Source: an uncultured Solirubrobacterales bacterium (GTDB lineage Bacteria; Actinomycetota; Thermoleophilia; Solirubrobacterales; Solirubrobacteraceae). Taken from it: DNA of 64,000 nucleotides. The stretch covers positions 477,845 to 541,844 of the forward strand of contig CAWEXS010000001.1 in NCBI GenBank assembly GCA_963813115.1. The letters are read 5' to 3'. Of this stretch, positions 40,582 through 49,745 are shown piece after piece; position 1 is the stretch's first letter; every line of letters begins with the position of its first letter. The position numbers were made by a program, and so were the translations under genes. Below the pieces are notes generated by a model. The model had not been told where the DNA came from and searched no databases. It worked only from the letters and a program-made list of their open reading frames with translations.

Positions 40582-41751
40582 ATGAGTCAGCAGATCACGG
40601 TCGTGGGTGGAGGGATCGCCGGTCTCGTCACGGCGATCGAGTGTGCGGAGGGCGGCGCGACGGTAAAGCTGCTGGAGGCTCGGAGTGAGCTGGGTGGTCG
40701 CGCGCGCAGCACCGATGGTCCCTACAAGGCCAACCTCGGACCGCACGTCCTCTACAAGGACGGACCGTTCTGGCGCTGGATGGCCGAACGCGAGCTGCTG
40801 CCCACCATTGCACGGCTGCCGCTGGCCGGGTTCAAGCTGCGCTGGAAGGGCGAGCTGAGGCGCACCCCGCCGCTGGGTGCGATCCCCTCCGTGCTGCGCC
40901 TGCGCGGTCGTGAGGCCCCCGTGGACATGGATTTTCGCTCCTGGGCCGCGAGTCACACCGATGCCGAGACCGCCGCGATGCTCTCCGCGGCAGCCGGTGT
41001 GTACACCTTCCACCACGACCCCGGCGAGTTATCGGCGGCCTTCGTGTGGCCCCGCACGGTCAGGACGCTGCTCAGCCCGCCGCCCTCGGTGCGGTATGTG
41101 ACAGGCGGCTGGAACGCGCTGATCGCGTCGCTGGAGCAGCGTGCGCGTGATCTGGGGGTCGGCATCGAGACCGGCCACAGCGTCACCGAGCTGCCACCGG
41201 AGCCGACGGTGATCGCGACCGAACTGAGCCAGGCGCGGGCGCTGCTCGGGGACGACAGCCTCACGGGACTCAGCGGGCATACGGTGTGCCTGGACATCGG
41301 TGTGCGCCACCGTCGCGGCGATCCGTTCGTCGTGGCCGACTTCGACGAGGCGGGTTGGATCGAGCGCTTCAGCGCGCCGGACTCCTCGCTTGCGCCGAGT
41401 GGCGAGGAGCTGGTGCAGGCGCAGATGCCGATCCGTCCCGAAGAGAGCGCCGATCACGCGGCCCTACGGCTGGAGCGGTTGCTCGACGCCGCCATGCCGG
41501 CTTGGCGGGAGCGCGAGACCTGGCGTCGGCGCCAGGTCATGGATGCCCGTTCCGGGGCGCTTGACCGTCCGGGGACCACCTGGCGCGATCGTCCGGCGAT
41601 CGATCGTGGTGACGGTGTGTTCCTCGCCGGTGACATGGTGGCCGCTCCCGGGCTGCTCTCGGAGGTCTCCTGGGCCAGTGCGGTCGAGGCGAGTCGGCTC
41701 GCGTTGCAAGCCGCCGGTGCAGCGCGCCCGCGCCTGCGTGAGGTCGCCTGA
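40582..41751 (+). CDS. FAD-dependent oxidoreductase (phytoene dehydrogenase-like)
   Basis: GGAGG RBS; 'VVGGGIAGL', 'LEARSELGGRA', 'FLAGD'. Confidence 0.85.
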   Translation: MSQQITVVGGGIAGLVTAIECAEGGATVKLLEARSELGGRARSTDGPYKANLGPHVLYKDGPFWRWMAERELLPTIARLPLAGFKLRWKGELRRTPPLGAIPSVLRLRGREAPVDMDFRSWAASHTDAETAAMLSAAAGVYTFHHDPGELSAAFVWPRTVRTLLSPPPSVRYVTGGWNALIASLEQRARDLGVGIETGHSVTELPPEPTVIATELSQARALLGDDSLTGLSGHTVCLDIGVRHRRGDPFVVADFDEAGWIERFSAPDSSLAPSGEELVQAQMPIRPEESADHAALRLERLLDAAMPAWRERETWRRRQVMDARSGALDRPGTTWRDRPAIDRGDGVFLAGDMVAAPGLLSEVSWASAVEASRLALQAAGAARPRLREVA

Positions 41752-41832
41752 GCGTCCGGGTCACGACACAGCGGCGCCCCGTCAGGAGTTCAAAGGGCTT
41801 CAGCAGACCGAGGCGTCAGGAAACCGCAGCCG

Positions 41833-42978
41833 TCAGGAGACCGCGGCCACCGTGCGCAGAGGACGCTTGGATGCGCTCGGCGGGCCGCTGCCCACGAAGG
41901 AGGGCGGCGCGATCTTCAGATAGTGCTCGAAGGCCCAGGTCGACAGCGGGCCGTTTTCCAAGGCCCGCACGATCCCGCTCACCGTACGGCTGGGCGTGAT
42001 GCGCCCGACCGCGCGCTGCGTGCGCAACAGCCAGTCGAACTTCCAGGCGTGCGAGTCCGAGAACGCCCCGTAGCGGTTCAGAGCCTCGGCGCGGGTGCGT
42101 TTGCCCTCCAGCACCGCGCGCAGCTCGCGTCCGCAGGCCAGGCCGAAATACAGCGCGGTGCGGATGCCCTCGGCGGTCAGCGGCAGGCAGTGCCCGGCGG
42201 AGTCGCCCACGAAGAACACCTCGTCCTCGACCGCGGGGCGGATCTGGTGGGGGATCCAGTTGCCCTGGTAACCCTCCGCGGGCAGTCCCAGCTCGCCCGC
42301 CAGGCGCACCGTGGGCTCCTTGACGTGGTGGGAGGGCCAGAAGGAGCCCACGCCCACCCGCAGCTCATCGCCGGCGGGAAAGCTCCAGGAGTAGCCCGCG
42401 CGGATGTAACGGGCGTCGATCCACAGCTCCATCTCCTCGCCCCGGCCCGCCGGATGGACCTCCAGGCCGCGCGAGAGACGCGCCGCCGGTGGCTGGATCG
42501 CGGGAGCGTTGGAGAGCACCCGTCGCCAGCCCAGTCCGTCGACGATCAGCGGGGCGTGCAGCTCTCCGCGATCGGTGTGCACGGTGCAGCCGTCCCTGCC
42601 GGTGACGGTGGCCGTCTCGAACTCGACGTCGCCCTGCTCGCGCAGCAGCGCGCACAGCTCGCGATAGTCGAAAGTCGAAAACGTCCAGGGAAGTGTCCAG
42701 CGCCCGGTGCGCCACGGGGTGTGCACCACCAGCTCGTCGAAGGTCTGACGCAGCGAGCCCCGCAGGTCCAGCGCATCCAGCCAACCCGTCGGAATCCCGC
42801 AGGCCGAGGTCTGGCGCTCGCCGATCTCGTAGCGGTCGACCATCAACACACGCGCGCCCGCGCCGGACAGCTCGCGGGCCACCGCCAGGCCGGCAAAGCT
42901 GGCGCCGCAGATCAGCACGTCGCAATCGCGCTCCAAGCGGGTGCGGTCGGCTCCCCGCTTCGTGGCTCTCTCGGGCAT
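41833..42978 (-). CDS. Geranylgeranyl-reductase-like FAD oxidoreductase
   Basis: 'ICGASFAGLA', 'SACG', 'GYSWSFP', 'VGDSAG..LPLTAEGI'. Confidence 0.85.
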   Translation of the reverse strand: MPERATKRGADRTRLERDCDVLICGASFAGLAVARELSGAGARVLMVDRYEIGERQTSACGIPTGWLDALDLRGSLRQTFDELVVHTPWRTGRWTLPWTFSTFDYRELCALLREQGDVEFETATVTGRDGCTVHTDRGELHAPLIVDGLGWRRVLSNAPAIQPPAARLSRGLEVHPAGRGEEMELWIDARYIRAGYSWSFPAGDELRVGVGSFWPSHHVKEPTVRLAGELGLPAEGYQGNWIPHQIRPAVEDEVFFVGDSAGHCLPLTAEGIRTALYFGLACGRELRAVLEGKRTRAEALNRYGAFSDSHAWKFDWLLRTQRAVGRITPSRTVSGIVRALENGPLSTWAFEHYLKIAPPSFVGSGPPSASKRPLRTVAAVS

Positions 42979-43061
42979 CGCGACCTCAATCATACGAGTG
43001 GCGGGCGCAGGCGAGTGTCGGCGGTCTCCGCGGGCCACCCGGCTGCGCTAGGCTTCGACCG

Positions 43062-44639
43062 GTGCAAGCACTCATAGATAATCCCCAGGCCCATGTGGTC
43101 GAGGGGTCCAACGGACTCCTGCTGGAAATTGATGGGCAGATAGTCCCCAACTACGACGCCACCCTTCGTCCCTTCGAGGAGGGCGAGGTTGTCACGGGTC
43201 ACGTCGTACGCATCGACAAGGACGAGGTTCTCGTCGATATTGGTTACAAGTCTGAGGGCGTGATCCCAGCCAACGAGCTGTCGATCCGCAAGTCGGTCGA
43301 TCCTCACGAGGAGGTGACGCTCGGCGAGGAGGTCGACGCGCTGGTCCTCACCAAGGAGGATCAGGACGGGCGTCTGATCATGTCCAAGAAGCGCGCCCGC
43401 TTCGAGAAGGCATGGCGTCGCATCGAGGCCGCCGCCGAGTCCGGCGAAGCGGTCGAGGGCACCGTCATCGAGGTCGTCAAGGGCGGTCTCATCATCGATC
43501 TCGGCGTGCGCGGCTTCCTGCCCGCATCGCTGGTCGACATCCGCCGGGTACCCAACCTCGACGAGTACCTGGGCACCAAGATCGAGACCAAGGTGATCGA
43601 GCTGAACCGCTCGCGCAACAACGTGGTGCTCTCGCGCCGCGCGGTCTTGGAGGAAGAGCGCAAGGAGGTCCGTCAGCAGATCCTGGACCGCCTCCAGCCC
43701 GGGTTGGTGGTGGAGGGTCAGATCTCCAACATCGTTGACTTCGGGGCGTTCGTCGACCTCGACGGCATCGACGGCCTGATTCACATCTCCGAGCTGTCCT
43801 GGTCCCACGTCAATCACCCCAGCGAGATCCTCGCGATCGGTGACACCGTGCAGGTCAAGGTGCTCGACATCGACCGCGACCGTCAGCGCATCTCCCTGGG
43901 GCTCAAGCAGACCCAGGAGGATCCGTGGCAGCGGATCGTCGACACCTACAACGTGGGTGACGAGCTTGAGGGCAAGGTCACCAAGGTGGTCACCTTCGGC
44001 GCCTTCGTCGAGATTCTCGACGGGGTGGAGGGCCTGGTCCACATCTCTGAGCTGGCCGCCCATCACGTGGAAAACCCGCGTGAGATCGTGCAGCCCGGCG
44101 ATGAGATCAAGGTCAAGATCCTGGAGATCGACTCCGAGCGCAGGCGTCTGTCGCTTTCGGCCAAGCGCGTGGAGGGGCAGATCCTGCCGCTGCACGGCTT
44201 CGTCCCGCCCGAGGGCGGAGGGGAGGGGCAGGACGGCGAGCAGCCGATCTACTCCGCCTCCGGTGAGATCGCCGAGGGTGACGGCGAGCCCGTCGGGGAG
44301 ACCGCCTACGCAGAGACCGCCTACGCAGAGACGCCCGCTGCCGAGGCTGCCCCGGAGGCCGCTCCCGCCGAGGCGGCGGCTGCCGAGGCCGCTGCTCCCG
44401 CCGAGACACCTCTCGCCGACGCTGCAGAGGAGGCTCCGGTTACGGACGCTCCCGCTGTCGAGGAGTCCCCGGTGGCTGAGGTGCAGGAGGCGCCGGCCGT
44501 CGAGGAGACCCCCGAGACCCCGGTCGAGGAGGCTCCCGCTGTTGAGGAGTCGCCCGCGGCGGAGTCCGAGGAGACCCCCGACGCCGAGGCACCGGCGGAC
44601 TCCGAGCTACAGGCCGCGGCCGAGCCCACACAGGACTGA
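43062..44639 (+). CDS. rpsA: 30S ribosomal protein S1 with a long acidic tail
   Basis: Four S1 repeats ('VDIGYKSEG', 'DLGVRGFLPAS', 'DGLIHISELSW', 'EGLVHISEL'); GTG3 start inferred at 43062. Confidence 0.95.
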   Translation: MQALIDNPQAHVVEGSNGLLLEIDGQIVPNYDATLRPFEEGEVVTGHVVRIDKDEVLVDIGYKSEGVIPANELSIRKSVDPHEEVTLGEEVDALVLTKEDQDGRLIMSKKRARFEKAWRRIEAAAESGEAVEGTVIEVVKGGLIIDLGVRGFLPASLVDIRRVPNLDEYLGTKIETKVIELNRSRNNVVLSRRAVLEEERKEVRQQILDRLQPGLVVEGQISNIVDFGAFVDLDGIDGLIHISELSWSHVNHPSEILAIGDTVQVKVLDIDRDRQRISLGLKQTQEDPWQRIVDTYNVGDELEGKVTKVVTFGAFVEILDGVEGLVHISELAAHHVENPREIVQPGDEIKVKILEIDSERRRLSLSAKRVEGQILPLHGFVPPEGGGEGQDGEQPIYSASGEIAEGDGEPVGETAYAETAYAETPAAEAAPEAAPAEAAAAEAAAPAETPLADAAEEAPVTDAPAVEESPVAEVQEAPAVEETPETPVEEAPAVEESPAAESEETPDAEAPADSELQAAAEPTQD

Positions 44640-44652
44640 CGCGCTCGCAACG

Positions 44653-45252
44653 ATGACCGATCGGGTCGTGCCGTTCGTCGGCCTGACCGGAGGCATGGGG
44701 GCCGGCAAGTCGACCGCCCTGGCCGCGCTACAGCGGCTGGGGGCGGCCGTCCTGTCAACCGACGCCGTGGTGCACGAGCTGTACGGCGGGGAGCCCCTGC
44801 GCCGGGCCGTGGTCGAGCGTTGGGGGGCTGAGATCGCCCCCGCCGGAGTGGTCGACCGCCAAGCGATCGCCCGCCGCGTCTTCGCCGACGAGGACGAGCG
44901 CAAATGGCTGGAGGGGATGCTCTGGCCGATGGTGGGCGAGCGGATCGCCGCCTGGCTCGAAGAGGCGCGCGCCCGGCAACCGCCGCCCCTGGCCGCCGTG
45001 GTGGAGACCCCCCTGCTGTTCGAGGCCGGGATGCAGGACGCCTATGAAGCCACGATCGCCGTGGTCGCCTCGGAGGAGTTGCGCAGTCGGCGCGCCGCCG
45101 GCCGCGGGCACGCGTTGGTCGACGAGCGCGACGCCCGCCAGCTGCCCCAGGCCGAGAAGGCCCGGCGGGCGAGCTTCGCGGTATCCAACGACGGGACCGA
45201 GGAGGATCTCCAGCGCGAGCTGTCGGCTGTTCTTGACAAGCTTCGAGCATGA
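44653..45252 (+). CDS. coaE: Dephospho-CoA kinase
   Basis: 'VGLTGGMGAGKST', 'ETPLLFE'; rpsA-coaE-uvrB synteny. Confidence 0.93.
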   Translation: MTDRVVPFVGLTGGMGAGKSTALAALQRLGAAVLSTDAVVHELYGGEPLRRAVVERWGAEIAPAGVVDRQAIARRVFADEDERKWLEGMLWPMVGERIAAWLEEARARQPPPLAAVVETPLLFEAGMQDAYEATIAVVASEELRSRRAAGRGHALVDERDARQLPQAEKARRASFAVSNDGTEEDLQRELSAVLDKLRA

Positions 45253-45830
45253 GTGTCCATCGGCGGCGTCGCCTGCTCGGGACGATCGTGGCGATCGCCT
45301 TCACCGCATTATTCATCGCGGCAATCGCGCCGCGCTTCAACCACGCGGTCAACCAGTTCAGGCTGCCCCTCAGCCACGCCGCCATCATTCGCGAACAGGC
45401 CGCCGCCAAGCGCCTGGACCCGGCTCTGATCGCGGCCGTGATCTACGCCGAGAGCAAGTTCGAACCGCGCACCTCCTCCGCCGGTGCGGAAGGGCTGATG
45501 CAGATCGAGCCCGCCACCGCCAAGTTCCTCGCGCACCTCTCGGGCGGCTATCGCTTCACCACCAGCGACCTGGGGACCCCGAGCGTCAACGTGGCCTACG
45601 GCAGCTACTACCTGCGCTACCTGCTCGACCACTACAAGGGCCGCGAGCTGCCCGCCGTGGCCGCCTACAACGCGGGCCTCGCCAACGTGGACCGCTGGGT
45701 GGCCGGCGCCTCCGACGGCACGCTGACGCCCGCCCGGATCCCGTTCCCGGAGACCCGCGCCTACGTCCAGCGGGTCATGCGCGCACAGCGCGAATACCGT
45801 GTCACCTACGCGCGCGAGCTGGGGCTTTAG
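45249..45830 (+). CDS. SLT-domain lytic transglycosylase
   Basis: 'AVIYAESKF', 'GAEGLMQI', 'AAYNAG', 'ETRAYV'. Confidence 0.92.
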   Translation: MSVHRRRRLLGTIVAIAFTALFIAAIAPRFNHAVNQFRLPLSHAAIIREQAAAKRLDPALIAAVIYAESKFEPRTSSAGAEGLMQIEPATAKFLAHLSGGYRFTTSDLGTPSVNVAYGSYYLRYLLDHYKGRELPAVAAYNAGLANVDRWVAGASDGTLTPARIPFPETRAYVQRVMRAQREYRVTYARELGL

Positions 45831-45903
45831 CTTCGATTTCCCCGCCCGCTAGCGTCCGCCACCGGCAGACGCCGCGCTGAGCTACCGTAGGTAGCGCTCC
45901 TCT

Positions 45904-47940
45904 ATGCCTCCCTTCCGCCTCGACAGCACCTTCGCTCCGGCCGCCGACCAGCCCAAGGCGATCGCCGGTTTGGCTGCGGGGATCGAGGCCGGCGAGCGCT
46001 TTCAGACGCTGCTGGGGGCCACCGGCACCGGCAAGACCATGACGATGGCGGGCGTCATTCAGGAGGTCCAGCGTCCGACGCTCGTGATCGCCCACAACAA
46101 GACCCTTGCCGCCCAGCTCTGCAACGAGTTCCGCACGTTCTTCCCCGACAACGCCGTCGAGTACTTCGTGTCGTACTACGACTACTACCAGCCCGAGGCC
46201 TACGTGCCCAGCCGCGACCTCTACATCGAGAAGGACTCCGCGATCAACCAGGAGGTCGACCGGCTACGCCACGCCGCCACCGCCGCCGTGTTCGCGCGGC
46301 GCGACGTGATCGTGGTGGCCTCGGTGTCCTGCATCTACGGCCTGGGATCGCCCGAGACGTATGAGATGAACATGCAGATCCTGCGCCGCGGCGAAGAGAT
46401 CGACCGCGACAAGCTGCTGCGCAAGCTCGTCTCGATCCAGTACACCCGCAACGACACCGCGCTGGGGCGGGGCACTTTCAGGGTGCGGGGGGAGACGCTT
46501 GAGGTGTTCCCGGCCTACGCCGAGACCGCCTTCCGGGCGACCCTGTTCGGGGATGAGGTGGAGCGACTTCAGCACTTCGACCCGCTCACGGGGGAGCTGA
46601 TCGAGGACGACCTGGAGCACGTCGCGATCTGGCCGGCCACGCACTACAACGTCAAGGAGGGCACGATCGACGCGGCGGTCGCCGAGATCGGGCGCGAGCT
46701 GAACGAGCGCTGCACCGAGCTGGAGGCCGAGGGCAAGCTGCTCGAGTCCCACCGCCTGCGCCAGCGCACCCAGTACGACATGGAGATGCTGCGCGAGATG
46801 GGGTTCACCTCGGGCATCGAGAACTACTCGCGCATCCTCGACGGCCGTAAGCCGGGCGAGCGGCCCTACTGCCTGATCGACTACTTCCCCAAGGACTTCG
46901 TGTGCTTCATCGACGAGTCCCACCAGACCGTCCCCCAGATCGGAGGCATGTTCGAGGGCGACCGCTCGCGCAAGCAGACCCTCGTCAACTATGGCTTCCG
47001 GCTGCCCAGCGCGATGGACAACCGCCCACAGACCTTCGAGGAGTTCCTGTCGATCACGCCGCAGCTGATGTTCGTCTCGGCCACCCCCGGCGAGTACGAG
47101 CGCACCCGCTCCGGGCGGGTGCTGGAGCAGATCGTGCGGCCCACCGGCATCGTCGACCCCGTGGTCGAGGTGCGCGCCACCCGTAACCAGATCGACGACC
47201 TCATGAACGAGATCCGCGGGCGCGTGGACCGCAACGAGCGGGTGCTCGTGACCACCATCACCAAGAAGATGAGCGAGGATCTCTCCCAGTACCTGCTGGA
47301 GATGGGCTTCAAGACCCGCTACCTGCACTCCGAGATCGACACCCTGGAGCGCATCCAGATCATCCGCGACCTGCGCCTCGGGGAGTACGACGTGCTCGTC
47401 GGCGTCAACCTCCTGCGCGAGGGGCTGGACCTGCCCGAGGTCTCGCTCGTCGCGATCCTGGACGCCGACAAGGAGGGTTTCCTGCGCGGGGAGACCTCGC
47501 TGATCCAGACCATCGGTCGCGCCGCCCGCAACATCGAGGGCACCGTGCTGATGTACGCCGACCGCGAGACCCGGGCCATGAAGGCGGCGCTCGGCGAGAC
47601 CGACCGCCGCCGCGCGATCCAGCTGGCCTACAACGAGGAGCACGGGATCACCGCCGCCACGATCGTCAAGGGCATCTCCGACATCGCCGAGTTCCTCCAG
47701 GGCGAGTCCAAGGTGCCCCGCGGCCGGGGGCGCGGCGCCGCGGCGGCGCGCAAGCGCAGCAAGGAGCTGCCCCCGCACGAGCTTGAGCGGCTCGTGATCG
47801 AGCTGGAGGAGGAGATGGCCGAAGCATCCGAGGCCCTGCGCTTCGAGCAGGCCGCGCGGCTACGCGATGAGATCCGCGAGCTGCGCCGGGAGTTACGCGA
47901 GGTGCACGGCAGCGAGGCGCCCGCGGGCGGGCCCGCGTGA
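45904..47940 (+). CDS. uvrB: Excinuclease ABC subunit B
   Basis: GATGTGKT, '[10 protein letters not shown]', 'DESH', C-terminal UVR domain. Confidence 0.97.
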   Translation: MPPFRLDSTFAPAADQPKAIAGLAAGIEAGERFQTLLGATGTGKTMTMAGVIQEVQRPTLVIAHNKTLAAQLCNEFRTFFPDNAVEYFVSYYDYYQPEAYVPSRDLYIEKDSAINQEVDRLRHAATAAVFARRDVIVVASVSCIYGLGSPETYEMNMQILRRGEEIDRDKLLRKLVSIQYTRNDTALGRGTFRVRGETLEVFPAYAETAFRATLFGDEVERLQHFDPLTGELIEDDLEHVAIWPATHYNVKEGTIDAAVAEIGRELNERCTELEAEGKLLESHRLRQRTQYDMEMLREMGFTSGIENYSRILDGRKPGERPYCLIDYFPKDFVCFIDESHQTVPQIGGMFEGDRSRKQTLVNYGFRLPSAMDNRPQTFEEFLSITPQLMFVSATPGEYERTRSGRVLEQIVRPTGIVDPVVEVRATRNQIDDLMNEIRGRVDRNERVLVTTITKKMSEDLSQYLLEMGFKTRYLHSEIDTLERIQIIRDLRLGEYDVLVGVNLLREGLDLPEVSLVAILDADKEGFLRGETSLIQTIGRAARNIEGTVLMYADRETRAMKAALGETDRRRAIQLAYNEEHGITAATIVKGISDIAEFLQGESKVPRGRGRGAAAARKRSKELPPHELERLVIELEEEMAEASEALRFEQAARLRDEIRELRRELREVHGSEAPAGGPA

Positions 47941-47970
47941 GCCCACGGGGAGCGCAAATGCTCCAAGCGC

Positions 47971-48855
47971 ATGGATACGCCTAGCCGTTCGCTAGGCTTC
48001 GCCACAGTGGAGCTGGACCGCCAGAACATCGAAAAACGAGACTTTCCGATCGGCCGCCGCGGCTACGACCCGTCCGCCGTGGATGCGCATCTCAGGGCCC
48101 TCGCCAGAGATGTCGACGAGCTTCAGCGCGCCGCCGCCGGTCGCGGTGGCGAGTCGCTCGGGTCCGCCGCCGGAACCCAGGTTCAGAGCATCCTCGAGGC
48201 CGCCGAGACCACCGCGGCCGAGATCGAGCGCCGTGCGGCCGAGAACGCCCAGCAGGTTCGTGACGAAGCCGCTCGCGATGCCGAGCAGACCCGCGCCGAG
48301 GCCGTGGCCCGCGCCCGCGCTCACGTCGAGGCCGTCTCCCAGGCAACCGCCGTACTGCTCCAGCAGGTCGAGTCGATGGACGAGGAGGTCGGCGGGCTCG
48401 TGCAGAGCCTGCGCTCCGGTGCCGGTCGCCTGGCCTCCGATCTGGCCTCCGTCGAGACCAACATGGGCGCGCTCTACGACGCCGCCTCGGGCCAGGCCAC
48501 GACTGCCGCCAGAGCCGAGAACGGGCCGGGTGCAGCCTGGTCCGGGGCTCCTCCCGTGCAGCACGAGCCGCCCGCGCCTGCACCCAGCGTGCCGCCCGCA
48601 TTCGAGCCGCGCGCGAGTCCGCCCCCCGCTCCTGTCCAGACCTTCGCGCCTGTTGCGGCACGGGCTCCGAGCGAGCCCCAGGCCCCCCTTCCCGGGGCGG
48701 GCGGCGGCGATCTCGACGGGGCGCGTCTGATCGCGCTCAACATGGCGCTCAACGGCGAGTCTAGGGTCCAGACCGACCGCTACCTCGCCGAGAACTTCGA
48801 ATTGACCGACCGCACAAAGCTGCTGGACGAGGTGTACGCGGCCATCGAGGGCTAG
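47971..48855 (+). CDS. DivIVA-domain coiled-coil protein with an extra C-terminal domain
   Basis: 'IEKRDFPIGRRGYDPSAVDAHL' DivIVA motif, coiled coil, Pro-rich linker. Confidence 0.85.
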   Translation: MDTPSRSLGFATVELDRQNIEKRDFPIGRRGYDPSAVDAHLRALARDVDELQRAAAGRGGESLGSAAGTQVQSILEAAETTAAEIERRAAENAQQVRDEAARDAEQTRAEAVARARAHVEAVSQATAVLLQQVESMDEEVGGLVQSLRSGAGRLASDLASVETNMGALYDAASGQATTAARAENGPGAAWSGAPPVQHEPPAPAPSVPPAFEPRASPPPAPVQTFAPVAARAPSEPQAPLPGAGGGDLDGARLIALNMALNGESRVQTDRYLAENFELTDRTKLLDEVYAAIEG

Positions 48856-48910
48856 GCCTCTCGAACGGAAACAGCGCGTGGCAGCATTGCCCGTCGCGCT
48901 ATATGCTGAG

Positions 48911-49019
48911 CGGGTCTAGGGCGGCAATAAAAGAGCCCGGAAGAGGCCTGCTGTCGCTCCAGCTCGAGAAGATCGGGTGGGGGACACGAGTCGCTAACGG
49001 GTGGACCACCCTGGTACGT
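48911..49019 (+). ncRNA. Putative structured leader of the atypical tRNA (T-box-like elements)
   Basis: TATGCT -10-like hexamer at 48902; stem CCCGG(48936)/TCGGG(48973) with an inner helix; GGGTGGACCACC at 48999. Confidence 0.3.
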
Positions 49020-49115
49020 GCGCCTGTAGCTCAGTGGTCAACGGCAACCGCGAGGGTGCCAAAGAGCGGCGGTCTTTCAAACCGCAGGTCGAGGGTTCGA
49101 TTCCCTTCAGGCGCA
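49020..49115 (+). tRNA. Atypical 96-nt tRNA, anticodon TTC (nominally Glu), with a hairpin inserted in the D-loop
   Basis: Acceptor GCGCCTG/CAGGCGC, D-stem GCTC/GAGC, anticodon stem GCGGT/ACCGC, loop CT-TTC-AA, T-arm GAGGG-TTCGATT-CCCTT; 31-nt D-loop. Confidence 0.85.
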
Positions 49116-49177
49116 TTGGCGGAAGGCTGCAAGGATGGGGCCTGGATGCCAGCCGCAGTACAGCAGCCGGAACCCCT

Positions 49178-49393
49178 CTACCGCATGTAGATCGCCGGAC
49201 GGTACTTTGGCTCGGGAATCGGCTTGTTCGCTTCTCGTGCTGCGGCGAGCCATGCTTCCTTGGCGCGCTCGACTTCAGCCAGAGCCTGTTCGGGGCTAGA
49301 GCCGAACGCCGAACAGGCCTCCAGATCCGGGATGTCGGCGATATAGCTTGAGTCCTCGTCGCTGTAGAAGACGTTGATGTGATAATCGCTCAT
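49178..49393 (-). CDS. hicB: HicB-family antitoxin
   Basis: 'YIADIPDLEACSAFGSSPEQALAEVERAKEAWL...PIPEP'. Confidence 0.9.
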   Translation of the reverse strand: MSDYHINVFYSDEDSSYIADIPDLEACSAFGSSPEQALAEVERAKEAWLAAAREANKPIPEPKYRPAIYMR

Positions 49394-49395
49394 CG

Positions 49396-49647
49396 CTAGT
49401 TCTCCAGCTTTAGATCGTAGCGCTCGACCAGCCTCAGAAACTGGCGGATCTGGTAGGGCTTGGCCTGGCCGCGCACGGCTTGAAAGTTGATCAGCTCCGG
49501 AACTGCGGGGTGAGCAAAGAGATGGTGGCTCCCGCTGACCCGGCGCAGTTCGAAGCCGAAACCTTCGATGAGCTTCTGCATGTCGCTGAACCCGACATTG
49601 GTCAGCGCTCCATGCACCAGGCGCGCAAGCAGTTTTTCTCGATCCAT
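49396..49647 (-). CDS. hicA: HicA-family toxin
   Basis: 'GFELRRVSGSHHLFAHP...AKPYQIRQ'. Confidence 0.9.
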   Translation of the reverse strand: MDREKLLARLVHGALTNVGFSDMQKLIEGFGFELRRVSGSHHLFAHPAVPELINFQAVRGQAKPYQIRQFLRLVERYDLKLEN

Positions 49648-49731
49648 CGAGAGACCGTAGGTCTCGCTTGGGACGCAACTCTTGTATCGCCCGCCCCGGC
49701 GTCAATGGATAGCGCTGCGCCCAGGTGATAG

Positions 49732-49745
49732 CGAACATATGTTCG
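49732..49745. promoter_or_regulatory. LexA (SOS/Cheo) box
   Basis: CGAAC-ATAT-GTTCG, a perfect Gram-positive/actinobacterial SOS consensus. Confidence 0.8.

Noticed and set aside
49039-49062. Archaeal-type tRNA intron in the D-loop
   Set aside because: No bulge-helix-bulge motif, and bacteria lack the splicing endonuclease. Group I/II introns are far longer. Excision by another route is not excluded.
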